In this document: positions 41,971 through 51,979 of the stretch, piece by piece | Layout: every line of letters begins with the position of its first letter | How positions within the stretch are numbered: the stretch's first letter is position 1 | Origin: Goleter apudmare HA4340-LM2 | GTDB taxonomy: Bacteria; Cyanobacteriota; Cyanobacteriia; Cyanobacteriales; Nostocaceae | Direction: 5' to 3' | Length of the DNA stretch: 64,000 nt | Assembly (NCBI GenBank): GCA_019359495.1 | Contig: JAHHHF010000091.1 | Coordinates: 1-64,000, forward strand | Position numbers and translations under genes: made by a program | Notes under the pieces: generated by a model | Seen by the model: the letters and a program-made list of their open reading frames with translations, nothing else | Databases searched by the model: none | Told to the model about the DNA's origin: nothing

Positions 41971-42290
41971 GTACTTGTGACCTCATGCATTATCTATGCG
42001 ATCGTAAATATATTTTTGATTGTCATTTGTTATTTGTTATTTGTCATTTGTTAAAAGGCAATAGGCAAGATTGAAGACGTTTCCCCAATGCCCCATAGCC
42101 CTGGCCGCCACTTGCTAGAAGTCGGGAAACCCGCCCACGGCGCTGTCTCCCCAAAGCAGTGGCTTGGCTACACAGACGAAACCCACCTCCGTGGGTTTGA
42201 AAGTCCTAATTTTTGGTTAGTCCGTGCAGGCGGACTTTGTTTGTGTAGTAGCGAATTATATTCGCCCAAAACTTTTCAAACATACTCTTA

Positions 42291-42470
42291 AGCCTTTAGA
42301 TGACGGCATTAAGCCTTTAGGTGACGATATTAAGCCTTTAGATGACGGCATTAAGCCTTTAGATGACGGCATTAAGCCTTTAGATGACGGCATTAAGCCT
42401 TTAGATGACGGCATTAAGCCTTTAGATGACGATATTAAGCCTTTAGATGACGGCATTAAGCCTTTTAGTT
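42291..42470. repeat. 21-bp tandem repeat, about 8.5 copies (TTAAGCCTTTAGATGACGGCA consensus)
   Basis: Directly visible. Two copies have point variants (ggtgacgata, gatgacgata). Creates an artefactual ORF encoding (DDGIKPL)n. Confidence 0.9.
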
Positions 42471-42658
42471 AAAGCAATAATAAAGAAAATGCAGTTTATA
42501 TAAAGTTCAAATATATTAGTTTAAACAAATCAGCAGAATCACTAGAATCACCTAAAAAACTTATTGCAAAAAACACAATTATTTGTGATTTTTGCTGATC
42601 CAATATTTAGCTTTATTGAGGCAAACTAGCTTTAGAAGTAACTTAAGAAAGTAAGTTT

Positions 42659-43054
42659 ATGCCTCGCCAAAAACGCACATCTCGCATTCTAGAAAAAGCT
42701 GAGTTTCGAGTCGCTGGATTGAAAGCTATTGATCCAAACATCACTTTTGATGACAAGTGCAATTTAGAAAACTTGACTCAAACAATTGATGAGTTTCGCA
42801 GTGTGCTTGATGCGTATAATGCTGCTTTAGCTGCGGTTGATTCTTCTAAAACCAAAGTTGATGAGATGGAAAAAATCCTGGGTAATATTTCAGACAAGAT
42901 GTTGATGGGTGTTGGTTTCAAGTATGGCAGAAACAGCAACGAATATGAACTAGCCGGTGGTGTCCGCGACAGTGAGCGTATTCGTAAAAGCCGATTGACT
43001 CGCATGAAAGCTAATACAGCACAAGCAGCAAATAAAAATGCTCAAACTGCCTAG
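42659..43054 (+). CDS. Hypothetical protein (131 aa)
   Basis: ORF. No motif recognised. Confidence 0.35.
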   Translation: MPRQKRTSRILEKAEFRVAGLKAIDPNITFDDKCNLENLTQTIDEFRSVLDAYNAALAAVDSSKTKVDEMEKILGNISDKMLMGVGFKYGRNSNEYELAGGVRDSERIRKSRLTRMKANTAQAANKNAQTA

Positions 43055-43311
43055 CCGTGGGTAAAGAAGGGAATGAGAGGAGATAAAAGAGCAAAATCTT
43101 CCTCATTTTCTTTGATTATCCCATGAGATTTAGGAGGTTTGCTGGCTTTCCAGAGTGCGTAGACGCAAAGCAGCTTGTCATAGACATCACATCATTTTTT
43201 TAGCGTGGCAGTATTATCATAATAAACAGGAATCAGGAGTCAGGAGCCAGAATTCAGAATGCTAATTCCTGAGTTCTAAATTCTTCTTATAAAAATACTA
43301 GTCATGCATCT

Positions 43312-44541
43312 ATGAAAAATGCTTTTATTTATCACACTACCTTATTATTTACCTGCTCTACCTTGCTATTAGGCTGTGGTAAAACCGACAATCCTAGAGC
43401 AAATTCTGCTAATAATTCGACAGCGACAACCAGCGCCACTGATTATATCCCTATTGGTATTGCCTTTGCCCAAACTAGCAACATCGCATTACTTGGTCAA
43501 GAGGGAACTGACGGCGTAAAAATAGCAGAAAAGTATTTTAATGATAAAGGGGGTATCAACGGTAAACCAATTAAGTTGATATTCCAAGATACTGGTGCTG
43601 ATGAAGTTGGAGCCGTCAACGCTTTTCAAAATTTAATTAATCACAATAAAGTTGTTGGTATTATTGGCCCTACCCTTTCACAACAAGCTTTTAGCGCCGA
43701 TCCCATAGCAGAACGCAATCAAGTTCCAGTAATTGGTGCATCAAACACTGCTAAAGGTATTCCCGAAATTGGTGATTATGTAGCTCGTGTTTCTGCTTCT
43801 GTTACTGTCGTTGCTCCTTATGCGGTGAAGGCAGCCATTAAGCAAAATCCCAATATTAAAAAAGTAGCTGTATTCTACGCTCACAATGATGCTTTTAATA
43901 AGTCGGAAACAGAAATATTTCAGAGAACAGTTAAGGATTTAAAATTAGATTTAGTCACAGTCCAAAAGTTTCAAACTACAGATACTGACTTTCAGACACA
44001 AGCCAGTAACGCGATTAATTTCAAACCAGATTTAGTGATTATCTCCGGGTTAGCTGTGGATGGAGGTAATCTAGTGAAGCAACTCCGAGAACTTGGCTAT
44101 CAAGGCCTAATTGTTGGTGGTAATGGGTTTAACACATCCCATATATTTTCTGTATGTAAAGCCTTGTGTGATGGCATCATTATTGCTCAAGCATATAGCC
44201 CTGTGTATCCCAGTGCAATTAACACGGCATTTCGCCAAGCTTATCAAGCACAATATCATAAAGATCCCTCTCAAGTCAGCGCTCAATCTTTTGCCGCATT
44301 GCAAGTATATGTAGAAGCGCTGCAATCTTTAGATAAAAAGAGTCAAATTAATAAATTGACGTTGCCGCAATTGCGTACAGAATTAAATCAGCAGTTATTA
44401 ACAGGAACTTATCAAACTCCTCTCGGTGAAATTGCTTTTACACCAGTCGGTGATGTAATTCAAAAAGAATTTTATGTTGCTCAACTCCAGATGGAACCAA
44501 ATGGTATTAAAGGTAAATTTGCTTTCTTAAACATCAAATAA
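43312..44541 (+). CDS. ABC transporter periplasmic substrate-binding protein, branched-chain amino-acid (LivJ) family (409 aa)
   Basis: Lipoprotein signal (LLLGCG) and a type-I periplasmic-binding-fold sequence. No permease or ATPase adjacent. Confidence 0.75.
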   Translation: MKNAFIYHTTLLFTCSTLLLGCGKTDNPRANSANNSTATTSATDYIPIGIAFAQTSNIALLGQEGTDGVKIAEKYFNDKGGINGKPIKLIFQDTGADEVGAVNAFQNLINHNKVVGIIGPTLSQQAFSADPIAERNQVPVIGASNTAKGIPEIGDYVARVSASVTVVAPYAVKAAIKQNPNIKKVAVFYAHNDAFNKSETEIFQRTVKDLKLDLVTVQKFQTTDTDFQTQASNAINFKPDLVIISGLAVDGGNLVKQLRELGYQGLIVGGNGFNTSHIFSVCKALCDGIIIAQAYSPVYPSAINTAFRQAYQAQYHKDPSQVSAQSFAALQVYVEALQSLDKKSQINKLTLPQLRTELNQQLLTGTYQTPLGEIAFTPVGDVIQKEFYVAQLQMEPNGIKGKFAFLNIK

Positions 44542-44792
44542 GCAGCTAAGTAGGTAGGTGCGAATATTTATAACTATGTAAAGACAAATAAATGAGGCTA
44601 AAACCCTCTTCTCTCCTGCCTTATCCCAACGATAAATTCTTCAACCCGCCTACTTATAGCCTTTCTCGGTTGAACGCAACACAATCAAGGGCGGGGAAAC
44701 CCCGCCCCTACGGGTTTTGTGATTTAAAACTGTACTTCACTCGTCTGAAAACCGCTATAAGCGATCGCCTTTTATTCTCTATCTCTCAACTC

Positions 44793-46040
44793 TTAATTTT
44801 TCCCATTGGGACGCTGAATAATCGTTTCTACCACCCGCCGCTTGGCTTTGGGATCTATACCCACCAAACGCAAGTACTCGCCGCTATATTCCACTAGACA
44901 TGATTCTAAGGCTGAGATGGCATCTGAATGGGCGTCAATATGGGTGTTGAGACAACTTTGCCAAGAACCAGTGCGGAAACGCCGCTCATCTACGTGTTCA
45001 ATGCTAATCTTGTAGCCTTGAGCTAAGATTTGCCGGATTTGTTCTTGTGTCTCTAGGCTCAAATGTGTACTCGTGCCTTGTGGTGGCTGCAATCCATTGG
45101 TTAATGGCTGAGGAGTTGGTGTCACAGGCGCAGGGGCGGGGGCTTGATAATTTCTCCCTCTATTGAGTCGATTGTAATCATCAACTAACTGGGAATTTTC
45201 TACTCGTTTTTGTTCTGCAACCATCAAGTTCCCAGACTCGATTAAGTGAGACAAGCTAAAATTGGGCTTGGGAAACTCTGGCGGCCCTTCAACGCTATTC
45301 ACCACACGCAAGGATACATGCTCAAATCCTATTTGATGGATGAATTTACGGATTTGTTCGTCATAAATTCGAGAACGTAAAGCGCTAAAAAAGTCAACTG
45401 ACTGATAAGCGAAAGTATCAACTAACTGTTCTACTTCCCGTTGTGACAACCCGTCTGGGGCAAAGATCCCACCAACAATCCCCACCTTATCGTCACGGTT
45501 TGGTTCCCAGTAAAATTTCTCCATGCGTCCATCACGAATCAATGGTGCATAGAGGGTAGAAAAATCATTACCTGTGACAATAATCGGCACACGACATAAA
45601 GGTGTAGAATCGTAACTACCAGGCAACTGCACATCTGTGGGATTATCGGCAATATTCATCAGTGTGGCATTCACCAACTGAGTATTTACAGTATATTGCG
45701 TGCCTTCATCAAAGCGTCCCGCACCCGCATCTAAATCATTAATCATCAGCACGCACATTTTACCGCGCACTTTGACGAGTTCTGCGGTTTCCCGATAACG
45801 CAGCCGAATCAACCTTGCTGGATCTCCTGCATCTGGACTTTCCAATTCTCCACCAGATATCAGTGTCACCTCAATACCCATTTTCTCAAAGACTAATTCG
45901 CATTGAAAAGTTTTGCCCTCGCCTTTACGGCCGTGAATCCCCAAAATCAAGGGTACTCGGACTCCGGGAAGATTCAGGAAGTTTTTGGTGATGTGGACAG
46001 CCAGTTTATCGAGAAACCGGGGAGCAATATAGTAAGCCAT
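44793..46040 (-). CDS. rca: Rubisco activase (AAA+), cyanobacterial type with C-terminal RbcS-like (SSUL) domain (415 aa)
   Basis: AAA+ Walker A (GIHGRKGEGKTF) and Rca-specific sequence. C-terminal about 90 aa (KISIEHVDERRFRTGSWQSC...GEYLRLVGIDPKAKRRV) resemble the Rubisco small subunit, as in Nostocales Rca. Confidence 0.85.
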   Translation of the reverse strand: MAYYIAPRFLDKLAVHITKNFLNLPGVRVPLILGIHGRKGEGKTFQCELVFEKMGIEVTLISGGELESPDAGDPARLIRLRYRETAELVKVRGKMCVLMINDLDAGAGRFDEGTQYTVNTQLVNATLMNIADNPTDVQLPGSYDSTPLCRVPIIVTGNDFSTLYAPLIRDGRMEKFYWEPNRDDKVGIVGGIFAPDGLSQREVEQLVDTFAYQSVDFFSALRSRIYDEQIRKFIHQIGFEHVSLRVVNSVEGPPEFPKPNFSLSHLIESGNLMVAEQKRVENSQLVDDYNRLNRGRNYQAPAPAPVTPTPQPLTNGLQPPQGTSTHLSLETQEQIRQILAQGYKISIEHVDERRFRTGSWQSCLNTHIDAHSDAISALESCLVEYSGEYLRLVGIDPKAKRRVVETIIQRPNGKN

Positions 46041-46162
46041 GAACCTGTTTGTGAGTAGCTAGCACTATATAGTAAGTTTTTCTGGTTGTAGTGCGATCGC
46101 TTTTCTCAGATTTGTTTGGGTTAACTGTTGAGATCATTGCTACAAGTGATCGCCATCATGAT

Positions 46163-48598
46163 TTACCCACGCACTAGGCAAGATGGCGGTATAAGTGTGG
46201 GGCTATGAGGGTTGAATGTAGCAGCTTGGGCTACTAAATGCACTCTACCTTGAGCATCCACAACCCACCCTTGGGCTTCGACAATTTGAGTAGGGGGATT
46301 GACATCCTGACTTTTTTGTGTGCTGTTTTGTCTGCTAGTATGAGGGCGATCGCTATTGGCTTCTAAATTGATCCAATCTGCCAGCACCGTTTCACTTGAC
46401 AATGGCTCGGTGGGGCCAGATTTTATGCCTCCACGCCCTGTGTACACAAACGAAGCTGTGAGGAATTTCCCACCAGGATTGCAAGCGGTAAAAAGTTTCC
46501 CGGAAGCATCAATCAGATTTACAGGTAATTCTATTATTCCTTTAGTGGGGTCAAGATCCGGTGTGTCGATGAGGATAGTACCACTTAATAAAGGATTTTG
46601 CTGCGAAAATGCTGTGATGTCACTGGTTTGTAACTCCGCCGGGTCGAGTTGATTCGGGTCATTAGTTTGTAACAACTCCACCAAATCTGCACGAGTGCGT
46701 GTTACCAAACCAAAAATCCTTGCAGTATTGATGATGATTCTGCCACCAGCACCAGAAAAGGCATTGGCAGTGATATCACTATTTTCTATGGGAGAAGCGA
46801 CAATAAAGCCATTAGGGGTATCAATGGTGATATTCCCACCATCCCCACCAGCCTGCGCCCTACCCGCACTAGTGGATATTTGACTCTGACGACGCAGCAG
46901 CAATAAATCCTGCACCTGTAGTTTAATATTCCCACCCAGACCAGAATCAGTTTCTGAGGTGAGTTTGCCTTGGTTATCTAGCACCACAGAGCGGGCGGTT
47001 ATATCTAACTCCCCAGCCTTTCCCAGATTTCTGTTGGTAGAAAGCGGTGAAAGATTACTGCTTGAATTTATTCTAGCTCTATCCCGAATGATCAATTTCC
47101 CTGTATTCAGCGTCAAGTTACCCGCATCTCCAGGGCCTTGAGTCGAAGTCAACAACCCAGTGACGCTATTATTTGCTAAATTGCCGATTAATTCTACAGA
47201 CTCGGTGGCATTTACAGTCAAATTTCCACCATTACCTGTAGCAGAGATAAATTGTCTAGAAGCTGCTGAGAAAGATCCTGTAGATTGTGTGCTTACCCTT
47301 GCGCCACCTTGAACAATCAATTTCCCAGTGTTAATCGTAATATCACCCGCATTTCCCGCACCAGAAGTTGCACTAAACAAACCACTGAAATTAAATCCGG
47401 AAATGGGGAATTGAAGCCTGAAGCCACCAAGGAGTTCCACAGAATCTGAGGCGTTAACAGTCAATTTTCCCGTGGAACCTGAACTAGAACTACCAACTAC
47501 TAGTTGTGCTCCATCCCGAACAATTAACTTGCCAGTGGTAACAGTTAAATTGCCAACGTTACCAGAACTGAGACTTCTAGTCCTTAAGGATGTAGGAAAA
47601 CCAATCAGTTCTACAGACTCAGAAGTATTAACTGTTAAATCACCTCCAGGTTTTGATCCCAAGGTATTCGCCAAAATTATTGCACCGTCAGTTAGCGACA
47701 AACGCCTACCTTGCACCTGAATATTGCCAGCCCCCTCACCACTTACATCCACATAAGATGGAATTTGATTTCGCCCCATGATTTGGATGTTATGAAAATT
47801 CTGGACATTTTGATATCCCAAACTCCAGCCCTCATTGATGGCGTTCAGACTGACAAAACTATTGGCTGCGACGCTTCCTAATTCTATTCGCCCTTCTTTT
47901 GCCGTTAAATTACCTCCCTCCAGGCTCAAATCTCCACCAACTAAAGCTAAAGTTCTACCTGTATTTACCTGTAAACCAACGGGTGCATTAACGCTATTTC
48001 TCTCACCCCTTGGACTAGCTTGAGATTGATTGCGAATAGTTCCGGGAGTAGCTCCGAATTGTAAGCCAATGGGCACACTGACTGTTAGCAAGGGTGTAGT
48101 TTGGGGAGATGTAGCGCTAAATTTAGTCCCATCAGCAAAGTTAATACTATTAGCCGTACTAGCCACAAATGAACCACCGATGTTGAGGGAGGCATTAGGG
48201 CCAAAAACAATGCCATTAGGATTAAGTAAAAACAGGTTAGCATTACCGTTGGCGCGGAGTACCCCATCAATATCAGATATAGAGTTACCCGTTACCCGGC
48301 TGATAATGTTTTGAATATTGGCAGCGTTGTTAAAATAAGCTGTGGTACCCTGAGAAACAGAAAATTGTTCAAAGCTGTGAAAGAGGTTTGTACCCCGAAC
48401 AGCCCCACCATCTATCTGATTAATCGGCTGATTATTAATTAGTTGGGGCGTCACAATCGAACTTTCAGACCCTAGGGTGTTATCTCCGGTAATTTCAGCC
48501 AGAGCAGCATCCCCACATAAAGCGAATGCTCCAAGAATCGCTAGAGGAGTCCATACCCTTAGCTTGCAGCGCAGACTGCTTTGGTTAAGAGAAATCAC
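46163..48598 (-). CDS. Two-partner-secretion exoprotein with haemagglutination-activity (TPS) domain and beta-helical repeats (811 aa)
   Basis: Signal peptide, then canonical TPS domain (NNAANIQNIISRVTGNSISDIDGVLRANGNANLFLLNPNGIVFGPNASLNIGGSFVAST), then long Gly/Asn/Thr-rich beta-helix repeats. Confidence 0.8.
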   Translation of the reverse strand: MISLNQSSLRCKLRVWTPLAILGAFALCGDAALAEITGDNTLGSESSIVTPQLINNQPINQIDGGAVRGTNLFHSFEQFSVSQGTTAYFNNAANIQNIISRVTGNSISDIDGVLRANGNANLFLLNPNGIVFGPNASLNIGGSFVASTANSINFADGTKFSATSPQTTPLLTVSVPIGLQFGATPGTIRNQSQASPRGERNSVNAPVGLQVNTGRTLALVGGDLSLEGGNLTAKEGRIELGSVAANSFVSLNAINEGWSLGYQNVQNFHNIQIMGRNQIPSYVDVSGEGAGNIQVQGRRLSLTDGAIILANTLGSKPGGDLTVNTSESVELIGFPTSLRTRSLSSGNVGNLTVTTGKLIVRDGAQLVVGSSSSGSTGKLTVNASDSVELLGGFRLQFPISGFNFSGLFSATSGAGNAGDITINTGKLIVQGGARVSTQSTGSFSAASRQFISATGNGGNLTVNATESVELIGNLANNSVTGLLTSTQGPGDAGNLTLNTGKLIIRDRARINSSSNLSPLSTNRNLGKAGELDITARSVVLDNQGKLTSETDSGLGGNIKLQVQDLLLLRRQSQISTSAGRAQAGGDGGNITIDTPNGFIVASPIENSDITANAFSGAGGRIIINTARIFGLVTRTRADLVELLQTNDPNQLDPAELQTSDITAFSQQNPLLSGTILIDTPDLDPTKGIIELPVNLIDASGKLFTACNPGGKFLTASFVYTGRGGIKSGPTEPLSSETVLADWINLEANSDRPHTSRQNSTQKSQDVNPPTQIVEAQGWVVDAQGRVHLVAQAATFNPHSPTLIPPSCLVRG

Positions 48599-48807
48599 AG
48601 AGTTTACATCCTCACAAACAGCAGCTTTAGATTAATCAGGATGATACCACTGTGTGATTGCCCCACTAAATAATGCCCAGGCGATTGCTCATCAATCCAC
48701 CCCGGTTTTATCTCAAGCCAAAATCGCCCCTCTACGGTGTACACAGAAGTGATACCTGCGGCGGGCTACGAAGTAGTGTGAGCGTCTCGCTCACGCGGGC
48801 ATTGCTA

Positions 48808-49380
48808 AGAGGATGTTTGAAAAGTCTAAATTAATACTAGCCTTGGCGATTAGAAATCGCGGCTACACAGACAAAACCCACCTCCGTGGGTTTGAAAGGC
48901 CTAATTTTTATTTATAGCGGTTTTCAGACGAGTGAAGTACAGTTTTAAATTGCAAAACCCGTAGGGGCGGGGTCTCCCCGCCCTTGATTGTGTTGCGTTC
49001 AACCGAGAAAGGCTATAGTCCGCGCAGGCGGACTTTGTTTGTGTAGTAGCGAATTATATTCGCCCAAAACTTTTCAAACATCCTCTAAAAAGTTGCATAA
49101 GTAGAGGAAGTGCCGCGCAATGTCTAATCGCGCTATCTAGCAACATAGTCCACGCCGAGATTAATCTCGGCGTGGAAAGAAAAAAATATTATTCAGCAGT
49201 CACAGCTTGGAAAATAACTAGGTAACGTGTAAAAGTCACACCACGCGAACTTGACTAACTTAATTTACTGAGTAACCGTCACCCACATCACCAGACGCAA
49301 TTAAATACATGTCCAACAGCCACCAGGAACGCAGTCTTCACACCAAACCATAGTGCAATCTGCTAGTTTTATTTGCGGTT
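48808..49380. repeat. About 570-bp segment duplicated nearly identically at 50155-50727 (copy A)
   Basis: Direct read-through comparison: identical over most positions, including the gctacacagacaaaacccacctccgtgggtttgaaag... MITE core and the 3' ends of both small Cys-rich genes. Confidence 0.85.
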
Positions 49381-49774
49381 TTTGAATTTCTTCCAACCAT
49401 TTTTTAACTTGCTGACTCTCATCACTAATACGAGGTTGAGTTTTAATGATGTCTAATATCTCTTGAAATTGCACAGCGCTATCTTCTGCATCATACTTAT
49501 CAAATACTTTGGCAATCTGAGATTGCTTCAAGCTCTCAAAAATCTGGCGAATATCACTCTCGCTACCAGTTTCTTGATAGTTAACTTTTAAGTCTAGATA
49601 ATCTTGCTTAATTTCACGAGCATACCGTTCATAAATTGGCACCGACACATTTGCTGCTGCACCATTGATAATTCTAGCTTGAGCAGTGGCTGTAAAAATC
49701 GAACCAATTGCAACAGCAGCCGTTGCTACTGAAGTAGTAACTAAACGACTCCAAATGGTAGTTGAAACGCTCAT
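49301..49774 (-). CDS. Secreted small protein with Cys-rich C-terminus CTMVWCEDCVPGGCWTCI (157 aa), paralog 1
   Basis: N-terminal signal peptide (..ATAQA). C-terminal 35 aa nearly identical to the ORF at 50648-51007. No family recognised. Confidence 0.5.
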   Translation of the reverse strand: MSVSTTIWSRLVTTSVATAAVAIGSIFTATAQARIINGAAANVSVPIYERYAREIKQDYLDLKVNYQETGSESDIRQIFESLKQSQIAKVFDKYDAEDSAVQFQEILDIIKTQPRISDESQQVKKWLEEIQKPQIKLADCTMVWCEDCVPGGCWTCI

Positions 49775-50154
49775 ATTACCCCGTATTTAAGGAATAGTTC
49801 GCTGCTAAATAGCAGCTTTATATGAGCCTCATTATCTACTGATAAAGCCAACTGTCTTGAATGCTGAATACAAAACTTTATATATACGGTTAAAGTATTT
49901 ATTTTCTGGACAAATGATTTAACTTAAATCTCCTCAGTCTAATAAACATAACTTAATTTCTGACATAATACAAGCCTGTTCACATAGCGAATTGCAGACG
50001 AAATATCAGAATTTATGTAGTAGTGTATGTGCCCATCGTGTAGGAATCTATCCCATCTGTAAAATCAGATAAATTATCAAATTAATGCAGATTTGTATAA
50101 TGATGATATTGACATTTTTAATAATCAATGGTTTCGCTTTTTAACTGTCATTGC

Positions 50155-50727
50155 TAAGAGGGTGTTTGAAAAGTCTAAATTAATACTAGCCTTGGCGATT
50201 AGAAATCGCGGCTACACAGACAAAACCCACCTCCGTGGGTTTGAAAGGCCTAATTTTTATTTATAGCGGTTTTCAGACGAGTGAAGTACAGTTTTAAATT
50301 GCAAAACCCGTAGGGGCGGGGTCTCCCCGCCCTTGATTGTGTTGCGTTCAACCGAGAAAGGCTATAGTCCGCGCAGGCGGACTTTGTTTGTGTAGTAGCG
50401 AATTATATTCGCCCAAAACTTTTCAAACATCCTCTAAAAAGTTGCACAAGTAGAGGAAGTGCCGCGCAATGTCTAATCGCTATTTAGCAATATAGTCCAC
50501 GCAGAGATTAATCTCTGCGTGGAAAGAAAAAAATATTATTCAGCAGTCACAGCTTGGAAAATAACTAGGTAACGTGTAAAGCTCACACCACGCGAACTTG
50601 GCTAACTTAATTTACTGAGTAACCGTCACCCACATCACCAAACCCAATTAAATACATATCCAAGTGCCATCAGGAGCGCACTCTTGACACCAAACCATAG
50701 TGCAATCTGCTAATTTGATTGGTGGTT
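50155..50727. repeat. Copy B of the about 570-bp duplicated segment
   Basis: See copy A. Period between copies is about 1347 bp. A third occurrence of the boundary motif (gaggatgtttgaaaagtc) is at 51236. Confidence 0.85.
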
Positions 50728-51007
50728 TTTGAATGCCTGCCAACAATCCCTGGCCTTCCTGACTCTCATCAGCACCACTCGGTTGAAGTTTGCTCATGTC
50801 AAGAGTATATTCCCATTTGACAGCGTTATCAGGTATCCCATACTTAGTAAGTACAGGGCCGATGCTAGATGTCTTCAAAGCTTCGTTAATTGCCAGTCTA
50901 ATATCTTCCTCAAACTGCTTGAGTGTTTCAGAATCCATAACTGTGTCCTTGTTTACAAATTGTTGGTTCAGTAAATCTAACTTGTGATTTACTAATTTAT
51001 TCATCAC
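50648..51007 (-). CDS. Small protein with Cys-rich C-terminus CTMVWCQECAPDGTWICI (119 aa), paralog 2, no signal peptide
   Basis: Homologous to 49301-49774 across most of its length (KY..D.AV.....LD; QP..DESQ; IQKP.IKLADCTMVWC), but lacks the N-terminal signal peptide. Confidence 0.45.
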   Translation of the reverse strand: MMNKLVNHKLDLLNQQFVNKDTVMDSETLKQFEEDIRLAINEALKTSSIGPVLTKYGIPDNAVKWEYTLDMSKLQPSGADESQEGQGLLAGIQKPPIKLADCTMVWCQECAPDGTWICI

Positions 51008-51532
51008 CTCGGTTTCTACCAGTTCCGGATTCCGTCACAAAAATTTCTGCGGTAATCCCGTAACCTGATCAATACCAGCAGCCTACGGCGATTCTCAAAA
51101 AGTCTTTTGCACAAAGGAAAATCTGAACTTAACATCATTGGTAAATTCTTCCCCATGACGCCACTTGCTACAAGTCTGGCGAAGGAACGCAGGGCTGCCT
51201 CCATGCCCTTGTGGATGGAGTTTTTGATCTAGCTCAGAGGATGTTTGAAAAGTCCTCTTGTCGGTATCAAAAGTTTTAGATCCCTCTAAATCTACGCCAC
51301 TTGCTACAACGGGGAGGCAGCCGTGTGGGCGGGTTTCCCGACTTGTAGACGCCCTCCGGGCGGCTACTCTACGAGAACGCTTTCAGCGAACCCGCAGGGT
51401 ACGGACTGCCGTGGGAACCCCCGAAGTTTGCCGAACATCTCCCCGGCAACTTCTCTCCGCAACGCAGTGGCTCCCCTTAAAAAGCAGGGTTAGGTTTTAG
51501 AGTTGCGTCACAGGCTTTTGCTGGGAGCATCC

Positions 51533-51650
51533 CAAATGTGTAAATTTATTTTTTTGTAGTGCGTGCTTCTAGCCCGCTTCCTGGACATTAGGGAGCAAGA
51601 TGCTCCCACTACAAATTTTATTTTTGCAAAATTGGGATGCTCCCCTTTTG
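51533..51650. repeat. MITE-like palindromic element, second copy at 59191-59305
   Basis: Sequence caaatgtgtaaa(t/c)ttatttttttgtagtg...gcccgcttcctggacattagg(g/t)agcaagatgctcccactacaaattttatttttgcaaaattgggatgctccc is shared. It has internal inverted repeats (ttgtagtg / cactacaa). Confidence 0.75.
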
Positions 51651-51979
51651 CTCCCCCCAACTCCTTTTGAAAAGCAAAGTTGTTTCATTCCCTCAAAGAC
51701 ATAAAACAGGCTGATGTTGTGAACGAAAGCACTTGTGTGTACACCGTAGGTTGAGGGCTGAGGGGTGGAACGTTACAGAGTGCCATACCCCTACAAGGTC
51801 TTGACCCTCACCCCACCTATTATGTTAATAATAGCAATGCCTAAGTATTTAACACTACTTGAAATGAGATACCAAAGTATTTACGTAACTAGAGAAAATT
51901 ACTGAAATATCTGCTTTAGATATTACCGATGGAGAGTCAGATTTAAATAGATATTGGAGTAAATCTCCCTCAGGCAACC

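Noticed and set aside
42224-42472. 82-aa ORF encoding (DDGIKPL)n
   Set aside because: It is entirely the product of the 21-bp VNTR and begins inside a MITE. Treated as non-coding repeat.
46356-48314. Several 60-98-aa plus-strand ORFs antisense to the TPS exoprotein gene
   Set aside because: The repetitive Gly/Asn-rich coding sequence produces long antisense frames. No independent support.
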